From Octopus vulgaris (lineage: Eukaryota): a stretch of 64,000 nt of DNA. Of this stretch, positions 26,244 through 39,160 are shown piece by piece (within the stretch, counting starts at the first letter, position 1; each line of letters begins with the position of its first letter). Location of the stretch: the NCBI GenBank assembly GCA_951406725.2, contig OX597819.1, positions 132,246,001 to 132,310,000 on the forward strand, given 5' to 3'. A model generated the notes under the pieces. The model did not search any database. It saw only the letters and a program-made list of their open reading frames with translations, and had not been told where the DNA came from. The position numbers and the translations under genes are program-made.

Positions 26244-26475
26244 ATACATACATACATACATACATACATACATACATACATACATACATACATACATACG
26301 TACATACATACATACATACATACATACATACATACATACATACATACGTACATAAGAAATCTTGAAATAAAACTGAATAATGACATATATACATACATTA
26401 CAAAATACAGTTTGTAAGCGGAACAGTAAAAATATGCAAGACTTTTTAAATGTGATATTGTTTTCGTTATATACA

Positions 26476-26562
26476 TTCCAACGATGGAGTTTTGTATGTT
26501 TGTTAGAAACGAGCTCCTTCCTTAAAGGAAGATTTTAAATGACTAAAAACAGAAGAGAAAAC
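26476..26562 (+). mobile_element. Retroposon 3'-end fragment (other copies at 27560-27670 and 63823-63930, both -)
   Basis: Shared TTCCAA.GATGGAG.TTTGTAT.TTTGTTAGAAAC.AGCTCCTTC...GGAAGA...GAAGAG followed by CA/CATA repeats. Confidence 0.65.
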
Positions 26563-27712
26563 TCACATATACTACATACGCGTGCGCGCACACACGCACA
26601 CACACGCACACACACACACACACACATACATACACTCATCACCTCCACACACACACACACATATATATATATATGTTGACATCATAGGAATTTCTACACT
26701 TCTGAGAGAACGTCGATTAATTCTATTTTGGAATTGGATCTCGAAGTAGATATAAAGCTATAAATAATAAGCACGTAATATTGTACATCTAAGCAAGACA
26801 TTTAATCACCGAGAGTGCTCAACGACTCAACACGTAGTCGGTGCTATGAGTGTGTGTCACTGAATGAAATAGACGAAAAGATTTGACGTGAAATAAACCT
26901 GAAAGAAGGAAATTTGCAGGAATTACCACAGAATCCTCATAATTGCAGAAATTACCCTAAAAAATTGGGTTTTATTTTTATTGTTTTGTGTCTGGCCATT
27001 TAATGGAATTGGTTTTTGTTTCTGTTGGAGTTGTAGACGAAGTAAAGAAAGAGGAAAATGTCTCTGGAGAACTGAAAGAACCACAAGGAGTTTCTGGCAG
27101 ACAAGGAAGATTATGGGCGGAGCGAAGGTTGCTCTTCAATGGACGAGGAAACAAGAATAAAAGCAGAAAACAAAATAAATAAAAGACGAAAGATGAAGGA
27201 GAAAATGGAGAATCGACAATAATGATTTCAATGAATTGTTGTTACCGAAAGAATGGCGGAATTCCTTGAGATAGCGTTCAAAGGATTTGTTGAAGTTCCA
27301 GGAAGCAATATGGTAATATTGACATTTTCTTTGAAAATATTATTGATAGAAAAGAGATAAGGGTTTTGGATGTGAGTGGCGGGAGGAGGAGAAGGATAGG
27401 AAAAGAAAGGCTGACAAAAGTGAACTACTTCCCATAGAAAAGGGGTAACGTGTATTTAAGGGAGAATGCATAGTGTGTATGCGGGTGTGTGTGTGTGTGC
27501 ATGTAAGTTGTGTATGCAGGTATGTACGAATGGGTGTATGTATGTGCGTGTGTATGCGTGTTCTCTTCTATTTTTCATCGTATGTAGTCTTCCTTTAAGG
27601 AAGGAGCTGGTTTCTAACAAAGATACAAAGCTCCATCGTTGGAATATGGATAACAAAAACAATGCCTCATTGTGTTGCTTGTATGTATGTATGTATGTAT
27701 ATATAAATGGTT

Positions 27713-27933
<221 letters not shown>

Positions 27934-27940
27934 GAAATAA

Positions 27941-28745
27941 ATAACAGGATGTCAGGTATTGACGTAATATGACCGTTTGAAGCGACTCCATTTTATTGAA
28001 CAATGTAAATATTATATCGATTTAAATAAAGTACCATCTTCATCTGCAAAAAATATGGATTTTCAACAGACAACATATATTAATATAATTTTTCTCAACT
28101 CTCAGAGCTAGAGGATGTGCTCTTAATGTTTTCCTAGATCTCATTATAGCGTCCTAACTTTCATAGTGCTGGTCCCTTTAAATGAAAATACTCTCAACCC
28201 TATCCTACCTCTTGTTATGGGCATTTACTACTGCTGCCTTATTGACTCCTTCTAAAGTTTGTTTCTTTTGTGTGGTAAGGCGTACCTGTGGCCATAAGAA
28301 ATTAAGACTAAGGAGAACCTCTAATAATATTTATTTATGACCAGCAACCAGCTCTGAACTGTCAACTTATAATGTTTTTAATCCTCAATAAAGACAGTCC
28401 ACTAGTCTTAGAGCATTTGATGGTGATAAGAAGGTAGATAAAAAAACCCGAAATGAATTACAATCCCATGACCCACCCCCACTGTGATCCATTCTTCGCA
28501 CTCCAGAATTGTAGTTGTTTTTCTCTTAGCTTATTCTTGCTGCAATAGGGGCAGCATGAATTCATCCTCTAGCTTGGATAAAATATTTGAGAAAAATTAT
28601 ATTAATATATCTTGTCTGTTGAAAACCATATTTTTTTCCACTGAAGATGGCACTGTATCTAAATTGATGTAATACTTGCATTGTTCAATAAACTGGAGCC
28701 GCTTGAAACTGTCGTATTGCATTAATACCTGTCATCCTGTTACTT
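27941..28745. repeat. Diverged inverted repeat pair of about 180 bp (27941-28120 / 28560-28745), Penelope pLTR-like
   Basis: The arms align in reverse complement. The right arm contains CTGAAGA (28641)...GAAACTGTC (28705), a decayed hammerhead core. Confidence 0.6.
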
Positions 28746-28977
28746 GTTTGATTTTATTCGCCTTCGAAATGTGCAGATAATATCGGATTGACTCGGTGCC
28801 TCAACTTAAGTACACATCATTCTGACAAGTCTCCAGAGAAACAAGCAGCCAAACTGTTTATATACTCAACAAACGCAGCAGTTATTCTATGAAGGAGTCC
28901 TTGATTTGCATAGCGAAAAAGTTTAACACTTTATAAATACGAGACGGGGATCTTAGTCCACACAGTATCAAGGTATG

Positions 28978-29055
<78 letters not shown>

Positions 29056-29058
<3 letters not shown>

Positions 29059-29595
29059 AAGGGTGAAAAGGAATCTGTCCAAAGACTTCTTGAACCCTAT
29101 AGGGTCTGTTTCTGTTTTAATGTGTTTTGGTGTAATGTTAAAGAGAGCGGGGCCAATTGAGGTGAAATAATTGTGCCGTATTGTTGTTATGAGATGAGAG
29201 TGCGATTTTTGTTTTGGGCGGATGGCACGGGGCCCAAGCCTTGGATGTACCTTAAAGGTGATGCCAACATCATTTGGGCAATGCTGATGGAATATTTTCC
29301 ACATCATGCAGATGGTGTAGCGCTCACGGCGACGTTGGAGAGAATAAAGTTTTAGCTTTTCTTGTCGACCCCAATAGTCGAGGCCTGTCATGCCATCTAT
29401 CTTTTTTGTGATTGCCCTTTGAGGTGCTTCAACTTTTATGATACTTTGTTTTGTGTGGGGAGACCACAGTGGACAACAGTATTCAAGGTGGGGTCGGGCA
29501 AAAGTGGAGAAGAGAAGGATAATGGTGTGGATATCTCTCGACTGGAAAGTTCTGAGAATCCAGGAACACATTCTGCGGGCCATGTCAACTTTGGT

Positions 29596-29598
<3 letters not shown>
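29056..29598 (-). mobile_element. Fragment of a second CR1/Jockey-group LINE family, flanked by (TA)n on both sides
   Basis: WILRTF...[13 protein letters not shown]...YSLQRRRERY...GPALFN..P...FKKSLDRFL is homologous to the C-terminus of the 5781-8000 ORF. Confidence 0.9.
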
Positions 29599-29674
<76 letters not shown>

Positions 29675-30484
29675 AGCTTAGAGAAGAAGAAGAAACGAAA
29701 CGAAACGAATCGAATCGACGCGAGGGCGCTCAGTCATACAATAGTGTAATAAATAAAATATATGCATGCATACAAACATATATGTACGTACCTACATCTA
29801 CATGTATATATACATGCATATATAAATATATATACGTGTGTACAGGACACCACAAATAGACGTAGAGCTCAACGAGAAACGAAAAAGTAAAAACAGCATG
29901 GAATGGACCATTTTTTTCACAACGAAAAAACAGAGTACAAGACAACTACACAAGGAAAAATCCCCTTCATCAGCTGTCCCTAGTTCAACTCCAGCGTGTT
30001 TCGAAGGTGAGGACAGAACACGTCTCGCCGAACTAGTCCTTCCTGCGAAAGAATTAAATAAAATTCCTTTGCAGAGGGGTAAAAACAAGGAAAAAAATGT
30101 GACAAAAACAGGACGTAAAAACAATACAATTAAAAACAAATACAAAGTAAAAATACAATTACAAAAAATACAGTACAAGATGGAATAGAAACAGGACAGG
30201 AAAACAAATAATGAGGGCCTATAAGCCTAGACGACGAAAAAATTTTCACGAGCGCAGGAAGAAACATGTTTACTTGAAGAAGGCCGCCAGCGAAAGGAAG
30301 TTCGTCGACCTGGCTGTGAGAGAAATGAGGAGGAGTGAGAGAGAGAGAGATAGAGAGGAAGGAAGCCAAAGAGGGTGAAAGAGAGAAGAAAGAGTTATAG
30401 AGTTTCGCGTCATAATTATATATAAAAACCAGCTTAGGGAAGAAGAAGAAACGAAACGAAACGAATCGAATCGAATCGACGCGG

Positions 30485-30705
30485 ACGTAAAGTATACTAG
30501 CCATCTCAATATTGCTAACCACTAAGGGTGGGTGTTACTGTAGCTTTTATCCCCAGGAGATCATCGTCTCCAACTGGCTTTAGGCACACTTTTTGTGCCC
30601 TTAGTAACACCCACCCTTAGTGGTTAGCCATATTGAGATGGCTAGTATACTTTACGTTGTCGAGCAGTTACTGTTTACATCTCGTTCGGAGATTTATTAT
30701 TGCTA
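30485..30705 (-). mobile_element. Second copy of the inverted-terminus (Penelope-like) family of 24172-24500
   Basis: About 55-bp inverted repeat (30485-30539 / 30603-30657) plus extension TGTCG.GCAG.TACTGTTT...CTCGTTC.GAGATTTATTAT shared with 24455-24497. Confidence 0.75.
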
Positions 30706-30707
30706 TA

Positions 30708-30774
<67 letters not shown>

Positions 30775-30780
30775 TGTGTG

Positions 30781-31004
30781 TATGTATGTATGTATGTATG
30801 TATGTATGTATGTATGTATGTATGTATGTATGTATGTATGTATGTATGCATGTATGTATGTATGTATGTATGTATGTATGTATGTATGTATGTATGTATG
30901 TATGTATGTATGTGTGTATGTATGTATGTATGTATGTATGTATGTATGTATGTATGTATGTATGTATGTATGTATGTATGTATGTATGTATGTATGTATG
31001 TATG
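30781..31004. repeat. (TATG)n microsatellite
   Basis: Direct reading. Confidence 0.97.
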
Positions 31005-31900
31005 TCTGTTCATTCATGGGCATCGCTGGCACCACGTAAACGAGGAGGATCTGTTCCCTGGATGAGTGGTCGGCGGCTGAACCAGCACCCTGCCCGCCAC
31101 CAAGACATTTAGACCCCTGTAAGGTGACGTACAAAGCCTGTCAATTCTTATTTCAAGGAGATCAGCTTCGATTTGCTTAAATCGATTACACCATCCCTCG
31201 TTAATATTTCGCAGTTTCGGAAGATCGGCAGGGCATCATCTTTCATCCGGATAGGGTTGAAGGCGGCATTTCTCGACCCATGTCGGGCTGACCATAACAA
31301 GGATCTCACCAATGCACTCTTGCTCAGCTCTCCGGAAATGTCCAACAAAACGTATGCGTCTCTGTCTGTCTGTCTGTCTCGCTCCCTCCCTCCCTCCCCT
31401 CTCTCCCCTCTCTCCCCTCTCTCCCTCGCTTCCCTTTCACCTCTCTTACCTTTCTCTCCTCCCTCTCTCCCTGTCCTTCTCTCTTCCTTCTCCCTCTCCT
31501 CCCCTCTCCAGTCTCTTCCTCTCTCCCGTCTCCCCTCCCCTCCCTCCTCCACCACACCCGTCTTTCCATATCTCCCCGCCCCCCACTCTTTAATGACATA
31601 AGATTTCCAAACAGTCTTATCCTATGCTTATCCTTGCAGATTATTCAGAGAGGTCCATAACATCCGGGTGTTTTTCTCCATCCAGATTTGCCTGTAACTG
31701 TTTGGTGAACGCCCAAGCAGCAGCCTCGTACAATATCACTGATTCCATTATGGCGCAGAAGACATTTCTTTTCGGATCATCTGGCAACGATGAATTCTCT
31801 ACGAGACTGCGAGGCCGAGACAACCAAGCCATTCTTTCTTCGTTAGACGAATGTTTACGTTCTTTAAGCTTTGGGAATATTATTGAATTGATGTCGACTC
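31005..31900 (-). mobile_element. Decayed RTE-group LINE 3' portion, interrupted by a CT-rich repeat
   Basis: KRNVFCAIMESVILYEAAAWAFTKQLQANLDG and LLWSARHGSR resemble RTE post-RT motifs (S.LLYG.E.W; LLW.P.HG.R). The 3' end runs into (CATA)n. Confidence 0.65.
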
Positions 31901-31935
31901 GTCACGTGTGGAGCCGAAGCGAAATTCTTCACCAC

Positions 31936-32732
31936 AGAAATACACTCAGCGTGCGTTGGAAGAAGATATTGGAATGGAAGGGGTTTTTTTTCGCGGCTAT
32001 AAAACAGATTAATCCAAACGATATTTTTATATCGTGTATGCGTGTTTCTAAGTGCATGTGTATGTGTGCGTTTGTGTGTGTGTTCGTGTGTGTTCGTGTG
32101 TGTGTGTGTGTGTGTGTTGATGTGTACGCTTGTGAAGTCTATTAACAAATGACTGACAACGAAAGAGAAAAGGTTTTTTTTAAAAAAAAGCAGAACAGAA
32201 GAAACGTTTTTGCTGTTGTTTGTTGTAATTACTGGAATGGAAACCTCGACAATTCTTTATTTTGGTATTTTCAATTCTTTTCTATTGACACCGAAAAAAT
32301 AAGGAAGTTGTTTTGACTTGGTGTCTTGTGCCGCTGCCAAAATACACCAAATCCTAAAGACGTACTGACGCACACACACGCACACATACACGCACACACG
32401 AATACACGCACACGAACACACACACGCGCGCAGACACACACGCGCGCAGACACACACGCGCTGCTTCCATTTTACCGTTTTGCTCGACTGTGAAACTCTT
32501 TTCTTTCTTTCTTCCTTCTTGTTTCTTTCCTCGATTTTTTTTCTTCTTCTTCATATTCCACGTTGATATCTTTGAAACATAAAGATTGCTTTCAAACTTT
32601 ATTCTTTTCCCTAAACCCTAATTACTCTAATTAGTTGAGATAACTCCAAACTCATCAGCTGCTCAAAGACTAAACTAACAGCTTCAAACTTTTCTCGCCT
32701 TTTTTCTCATCTATTTTCTTCTTCAGAAACCC
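31936..32732 (-). repeat. Left arm of long inverted duplication
   Basis: Reverse complement of 36956-37229 plus about 37990-38530. The ORF track shows matching peptides on opposite strands (MKKKKKNRGKKQEG..., [17 protein letters not shown]...). Confidence 0.95.
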
Positions 32733-32751
32733 TTTTTTGCCTCCCACCACA

Positions 32752-32789
<38 letters not shown>

Positions 32790-33094
32790 TGTATGTATGT
32801 ATGTATGTATGTATGTATGCGTGTATGTATGTATGTATGTATGTATGTATGTATGTATGTATGCGTGTATGTATGTATGTATGTATGCGTGTATGTATGT
32901 ATGTATGTATGTATGTATGTATGTATGTATGTATGTATGTATGCATGCATGCATGTATGTATGTATGTATGTGTGTGTGTGTGTGTGTGTGTATGTATTT
33001 ATGTATGTATGTATGTATGTATTTATGTATGTATGTGTGTATGTATGTGTATGTGTCTGTGTTATGTGTATGTGTGTCCGTATCTCTATGTTTG

Positions 33095-33270
33095 TGTCCC
33101 ACCACTATTTGATAACGACCCGTAACTTAGTGGTTCAGCAAAATAGACCGATAGAATAAGTACCGGGCTTAAAAAATAGTTCTGGGATCGATTCACTAGA
33201 CTAAGAGTCATTGAAGGCGGTGCTCCAGCATGGCCGCAACCTAATGCCTGGAACAAGTAAGTAATAAAAA
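33095..33270 (+). mobile_element. SINE family A, 3' part
   Basis: CCGTAACTTAG.GGTTC.GCAAAA.AGACCGATAGAATAAGTAC...GGCGGTGCTCCAGCATGGCCGCA. Confidence 0.85.
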
Positions 33271-33284
33271 GATCATAATGATAT

Positions 33285-34018
33285 TCTTTTCTACTTTAGG
33301 CACAAGGTTTGAAATTTTGGGGGAAGGGGGCAGTTGATTAGATCGACCCCAGTATGCAACTGGTACTTAATTTATCGACCCCGAAAGGCAAAGTCGATCG
33401 CGGCGGAATTTGAACTCTAAACGTAGCGGCAGACGAAATACCTATTTCTTTACTACCCACAAGGGGCTAAACATAGAGAGGACAAACAAGGACAGACAGA
33501 CGGATTAAGTCGATTATATTCACCCCAGTGCGTAACTGGTACTTAATTTATCGACCTCGAAAGGATGGAAAGCAAAGTCGACCGCGGCGGAATTTGAACT
33601 CAGAACGTAGCGGCAGACGAAATACCTATTTCTTTACTACCCACAAGGGGCTAAACACAGAGGGGACAAACTAGGACAGACAAACGGATTAAGTCGATTA
33701 TATCGACCCCAGTGCGTAACTGGTACTTAATTTATCGATTCCGAAAGGATGAAAGGCAAAGTCGACCACGGCGGAATTTGAACTCAGAACATAAAGATAG
33801 ACGAAATACCTATTTCTTTACTACCCACAAGGGGCTAAACACAGAGGCAACAAACAAGGACAGACAAAGGTATTAAGTCGATTACATCGACCCCAGTTCG
33901 TAACTGGTACTTAATTTATCGATTCCGAAAGGATGAAAGGCAAAGTCGACCCCGGCGGAATTTGAACTCAGAACATAAAGATTGACGCAATACCGCTAAG
34001 CATTTCGCCCGGCGTGCT
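33285..34018 (-). repeat. SINE family B with internal tandem amplification (184-bp period, about 3.5 units)
   Basis: CCTATTTCTTTACTACCCACAAGGGG starts at 33441, 33625 and 33809. There is a single tRNA head at about 33965-34018. Confidence 0.9.
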
Positions 34019-35429
34019 AACGATTCTGCCAGCTCGCCGACGTAATGATATTCTAATGATTATATTAAATAATATGATTCCATAATGATGTTACATCATA
34101 ATATCATATTAACTAATTTGCTGCCTTGTTATTCCTGCCCCCATCTACCCCCTCACCTCCTCCAACCCCCTCCCTCAAACCCCTTACATGTTTCTTCCAT
34201 TACTTTCGCCCCCTCCCCCTCCAGTCGTTCGCCATATTTTTTACTTCTATTCTTCTTATCTGTTTTCATCTTGAAGATTATTTTACCTTATCCGCCCCCA
34301 GCGTCCCTTGTGATTCCCTGGTGCGTAAAAGCATTCTCATATACATGTGTGGGGCCTTCAGTAATGCGTGCGCCGAGGTGCACGAGTGTGCGTGCGCCCG
34401 CGGTATGTACGAGGTTGGGTTGTGTTTTTTTCTGTGCGGCTGTGTGTGTGTGTGTGTGTGTGTGTAAGCAGCACGCATGTATGTAAATGCATGAATATGT
34501 ATATGTGTGCGTGATCGCGTGTACATGTATGTACGACTGTGTATATGTGTGTGTGATTATGTGATTGTGTGTATGTGTGTGTATGCATGTGTGACTGTCT
34601 ATATGTGCGTGTGATTGTGTGTATGTGTGTATGTGTGTGTTTATGCATGTGTGACTGTGTATATGTGCGTGTGATTGTGTGTATGTGTGTATGTGTGTGT
34701 ATGCATGTGTGACTGTGTATATGTGTGTGTGTATTTGTATGCATACAAGTGTATGTACACGAACGATATATCGCTTCCGGTGTATGCCTACCTTCAATCC
34801 TTCTCCCGACCCCTCACTGCTGTTGGCTCCTCGTTCCTGTGGGGAGCAGCCGACGAGTCTGTTGCTTCCCGGTCCCTCAGCTTCCCTCAGACGGTGACTC
34901 ACCCCATCCTCAATCACACAACGTAACCGAGTGCTTTGTGCCTCCGGGGGATCTCAGAATAGCTGTGGCCTCTAGAGACACAATGTGCAGATCTGCCGAT
35001 ATTCTATGCTACTTATAAATCCCTGCTCAGTCGTACTCAGTCGAGTACAAGAAGATAAAAGCTATGGATGCGCATCTTGAGAGAAGAACACGCTTCAATG
35101 GCCAACTTTTATTGGGAGTTTCCGACAGATTGCATTCCCGATAGTCTTAGGTATCCGTTAATATTGGATCTATAGTGATGATAATAATAATAGTTTCAAA
35201 TTTTGGCACAAAGCCAGTAACTTTTTGCGAGGGTTTTGGTTCCCTCAGAATTGGCACAATTCTGAAAGTATTGGAGGTTTTTGGACAAAACTACACCTCA
35301 TCCATACTGTCACGGGCGACTGAAAGCGAGTGACAGCTGCACCAGCCACAGGGTTAGAGAAAGGAATGGCCTAAAAATCGTCCAGTCATTCAATTTCCAG
35401 GATAGGAAACAGCGCTGCAGCGGTAAAAA

Positions 35430-35860
35430 CAACATACGACGTCACTCTTAGATTGATCTCTTGGAACATATAGACACTGCGTAATGTTGGTGACATAACA
35501 ATCCAATCTCAGAGTTGGGGAACCTCCATAGCTGAAGTGACACAGTGTAGACTTTTCTGTATGCTGTGATGCAAAGCAGCTTGGAGAGAGAATTCTCTGA
35601 ACAAAGTTGTTGAAGGCTTTGCTTTGTTTCAGAGAAGATGTAAGGAAGGTAGACTTCCGTGACCTCGGCTTTACTGTGAAGAGTAGTTTTCTATTTAAAC
35701 TGACTTACAATACCGCTTGGCTCCAGTAAGCGACTATTGGCACCATTTATTATTCTCCTTGCAGAGAGGCAGTATGTCACATTACTGAGTATCCGTGGAC
35801 CAACTCTGCCAACTGACGGCCAAGACAAAGAGACGCTTTGCATCAGACTTTAGATCAAAC
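35430..35860 (+). pseudogene. Possible decayed RTE-type endonuclease fragment
   Basis: LRLISWNI*TL and PTLPTDGQDKE resemble RTE APE motifs (WNVRTL; PT....E.KE.FY). Confidence 0.4.
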
Positions 35861-35875
35861 ACTGAACAAACCAAA

Positions 35876-35945
35876 CCCCCTTTTTTATCTCCAAAAGAAA
35901 AGCTCTGCCTTGTAATTTGTCCCGTGTGTGGCTAACAAAAAAACA
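35876..35945 (+). mobile_element. Short 3' terminus of a Tx1-like LINE followed by (TATC)n
   Basis: AAAAGAAAAGCTCT..TTGTA.TTTGTCCC..TGTGTGGCTAA.AAAA matches 44967-45025. (TATC/TGTC)n follows at 35946-36350. Confidence 0.75.
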
Positions 35946-36098
<153 letters not shown>

Positions 36099-36119
36099 GT
36101 CTGTCTGTCTATCTATCTA

Positions 36120-36247
<128 letters not shown>

Positions 36248-36955
36248 TCTATCTGTCTGTCTGTCTGTCTGTCTGTCTATGTATGTATGTATGTATGTAT
36301 GTATCTATTTATCTATCTATCTATTTATCTGGTTGTCTGTCTGTCTGTCTGCCTATTTGCACGTGCTCTAATGGACTGTTTACATTTATTAAATACATTA
36401 ACACCAATATAAGAAGGTACAATGTTTACCAATTATGAATCGAATATATATTCAATATATCTACTCATGAAATAATGGAAGCATTAAAAAGAAGCGGCTT
36501 CAGCGCCAATATTCAGTTCATGGAACCTACTCCAGTATCGTTAATTAATGAATGTCACGTGAAAATTAATATGGTACAATCTGCCTTTGTCTAAAATCGC
36601 GTTGACGGTCGTAACTCCGTAAGTGCCTTCCCAGTTCCGAAACGTGAAGCTTTCCAACCAAAACAAAACAACGAGTGTCAACACATATCAATTTCAAAAC
36701 GAACGTTACTGCAAAAATAAACAATTTCTACAGTAATAAATGCACTTTAAAAGAATGTTTTGTATGTGTTTGGGTGTTGAGGTGTGAGCGCGCGCGTGGT
36801 GTATATTTGTAAAGGACAAATACATTATTCTTAAACACGAATGTTGACAGTGACTTCGAAGTTTCGGCCAGTTGGATCATCATTGGATGTGCATGTGTGT
36901 GTGGTGTACACGGGGTGGGGGATTAACGCAAACAGAGATTGTGAGAGATGAAGAA

Positions 36956-38350
36956 GGATTTGCTGCAGAAGAAAATAAATGAGAAAAAAGTCAAAAAAAG
37001 TTTGAAGCTGTTAGTGAAGTCTTTGAGCAGCTGATGAGTTTGGAATTATCTCAACTAATTAGAGTAATTAGGGTTTAGGGAAAAGAATAAAGTTTGAAAG
37101 CAATCTTTATGTTTCAAAGATATCAACGTGGAATATGAAGAAGAAGAAAAAAAATCGAGGAAAGAAACAAGAAGGAAGAAAGAAAGAAAAGAGTTTCACA
37201 GTCGAGCAAAACGGTAAAATGGAAGCAGCAATTGTCTGTAAATTCTGTGAGTTTTGCAACGCGTTTGTTTCCTTATTTTCAACGACTGACTCGGTTCCCT
37301 TAAAGACTGAGAATCCCAGGAAATATTCTTGCATTGAGGGTGCGGTGGCGGATGTCTATTCGGGGTGCAATGGTGGTGGATGTATATTCGGGGTGCAGTG
37401 GTGGTGGATGTCTATTTAGGGTGCAGTGGTGGTGGATGTCTATTCGGGGTGCAGTGGTGGTTGATGTCTATTCGGGGTGCAGTGGTGGTGGATGTCTATT
37501 CGGGGTGCAGTGGTGGTGGATGTCTATTCGGGGTGCAGTGGTGAGAAAAGAAGTTGAAACAATTTCAACGTATTCTTAATGAAACAAAAGTGGATAAAAT
37601 ATTTCACAGAAAGAATCCTTAAACCCCGTATTCGGTTCCGTTGTATTTAATTGGTCGAATGGAGAATGACAGCGAGGGAACCATAGTCGGAAGCAGAATA
37701 GTGACTGCATTAGAAGAAGAAGTTTGGTGGGAGGGAGGGATGGGGAAGAAATACCTGGAATAACACGGTGTGTGTGTGAGTGTGTGGCTGGGTGTGTACA
37801 TACATGCGCATATGTATGTGTGCATCTGTGTGTATGCATCTGTGTGTGTATGCAAATATGTACGCGTCTGTATGAGTCTGTATATGCATGTATAAGACTG
37901 TGTGCGTGCGTCTCTGTTTGTGCGCGCGCACGAGTGTGTGTCTGTACGCGCGCGCGCGTGTATGTGTGTCGTCGCATGCATGTGTGTTTGTGTGTGTGCG
38001 CGCGCGCGTGTGTATTCGTGTGTGCGTGTATGTGTGTGTTTGTGTGTGTTCGTGTGTGTGCGTGTATTCGTGTGTGTGTGTATGTGTGTGTATGTGTGCG
38101 TCAGTACGTCTTTAGGATTTGGTGTATTTTGGCAGCGGCACAAGACACCAAGTCAAAACAACTTCCTTATTTTTTCGGTGTCAATAGAAAAGAATTGAAA
38201 ATACCAAAATAAAGAATTGTCGAGGTTTCCATTCCAGTAATTACAACAAACAACAACAAAAACGTTTCTTCTGTTCTGCTTTTTTTAAAAAAAAACCTTT
38301 TCTCTTTCGTTGTCAGTCATTTGTTAATAGACTTCACAAACGTACACATC

Positions 38351-38389
<39 letters not shown>

Positions 38390-38530
38390 ATACGAACGCA
38401 CACATACACATGCACTTAGAAACACGCATACAAAATATAAAAATATCGTTTGGATTAATCTGTTTTATAGCCGCGAAAACAAACCCCTTCCATTCCAATA
38501 TCTTCTTCCAATGCACGCTGAGTGTTTTCT
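36956..38530 (+). repeat. Right arm of long inverted duplication (carries about 750 bp extra)
   Basis: See 31936-32732. Confidence 0.95.
37340..37542. repeat. 28-bp minisatellite, about 7 copies (GGATGTCTATTCGGGGTGCAGTGGTGGT)
   Basis: Units start at 37350, 37378 and every 28 bp after that. Confidence 0.95.
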
Positions 38531-38737
38531 ACATTTGTTGTCCGACATAAATTCATTTTTAAAATCATCTTTAGGTTTAAGCTGTGCAGTTAAGAAGTTC
38601 ATTTCACAATCGTGTGATTATAGGTTCGATATAATTGCATGTCACCTTTGGCGAGTATGTTCTACTTACTACTGCTTCGGAGTGACTAATAACCTGGGAT
38701 TTGAACTTTGGTTGTCAGGAACTGTGCCAATTTCTTC

Positions 38738-38823
<86 letters not shown>

Positions 38824-39160
38824 GTCTATCTATCTATCGACGGACGTGTTGTCACCTCGGCTCCGAAGGTAATCGTTTATTTTGACTATTTATAGCCCAA
38901 TTTTTGTGTACATTTTTGTAAATAAGGTGTGTAAGGCACCCAACTTTCGTTTGAGTGCTTTTCCAAGGGAGGAATTCGCCCCTAGGGGCAGTTTCAACCC
39001 TATTTAATTTGTGTAATTTTTTCTCGACATTTCGAAAATGTCGAGAACTTGTATTGTAGAACGCTGGTCGCGTTCCTTTATCGACCAACATTCTCCTAGT
39101 CTGGAAACGCTAGGAGAAGAAAAAAAGAACCCATGCACGCAAAGTGCAAACCTAAATGAC

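Noticed and set aside
35290-35370. HDV-like ribozyme upstream of the RTE endonuclease remnant
   Set aside because: The position is suggestive, but I could not build the nested double pseudoknot by eye.
37031-37060. CTGATGA as a hammerhead core (also CTGAAGA at 63855)
   Set aside because: No correctly placed GAAA and NUH with supporting stems.
37340-37542. CRISPR-like 28-bp repeat array
   Set aside because: Units are directly tandem with no unique spacers, the context is eukaryotic, and there are no cas genes.
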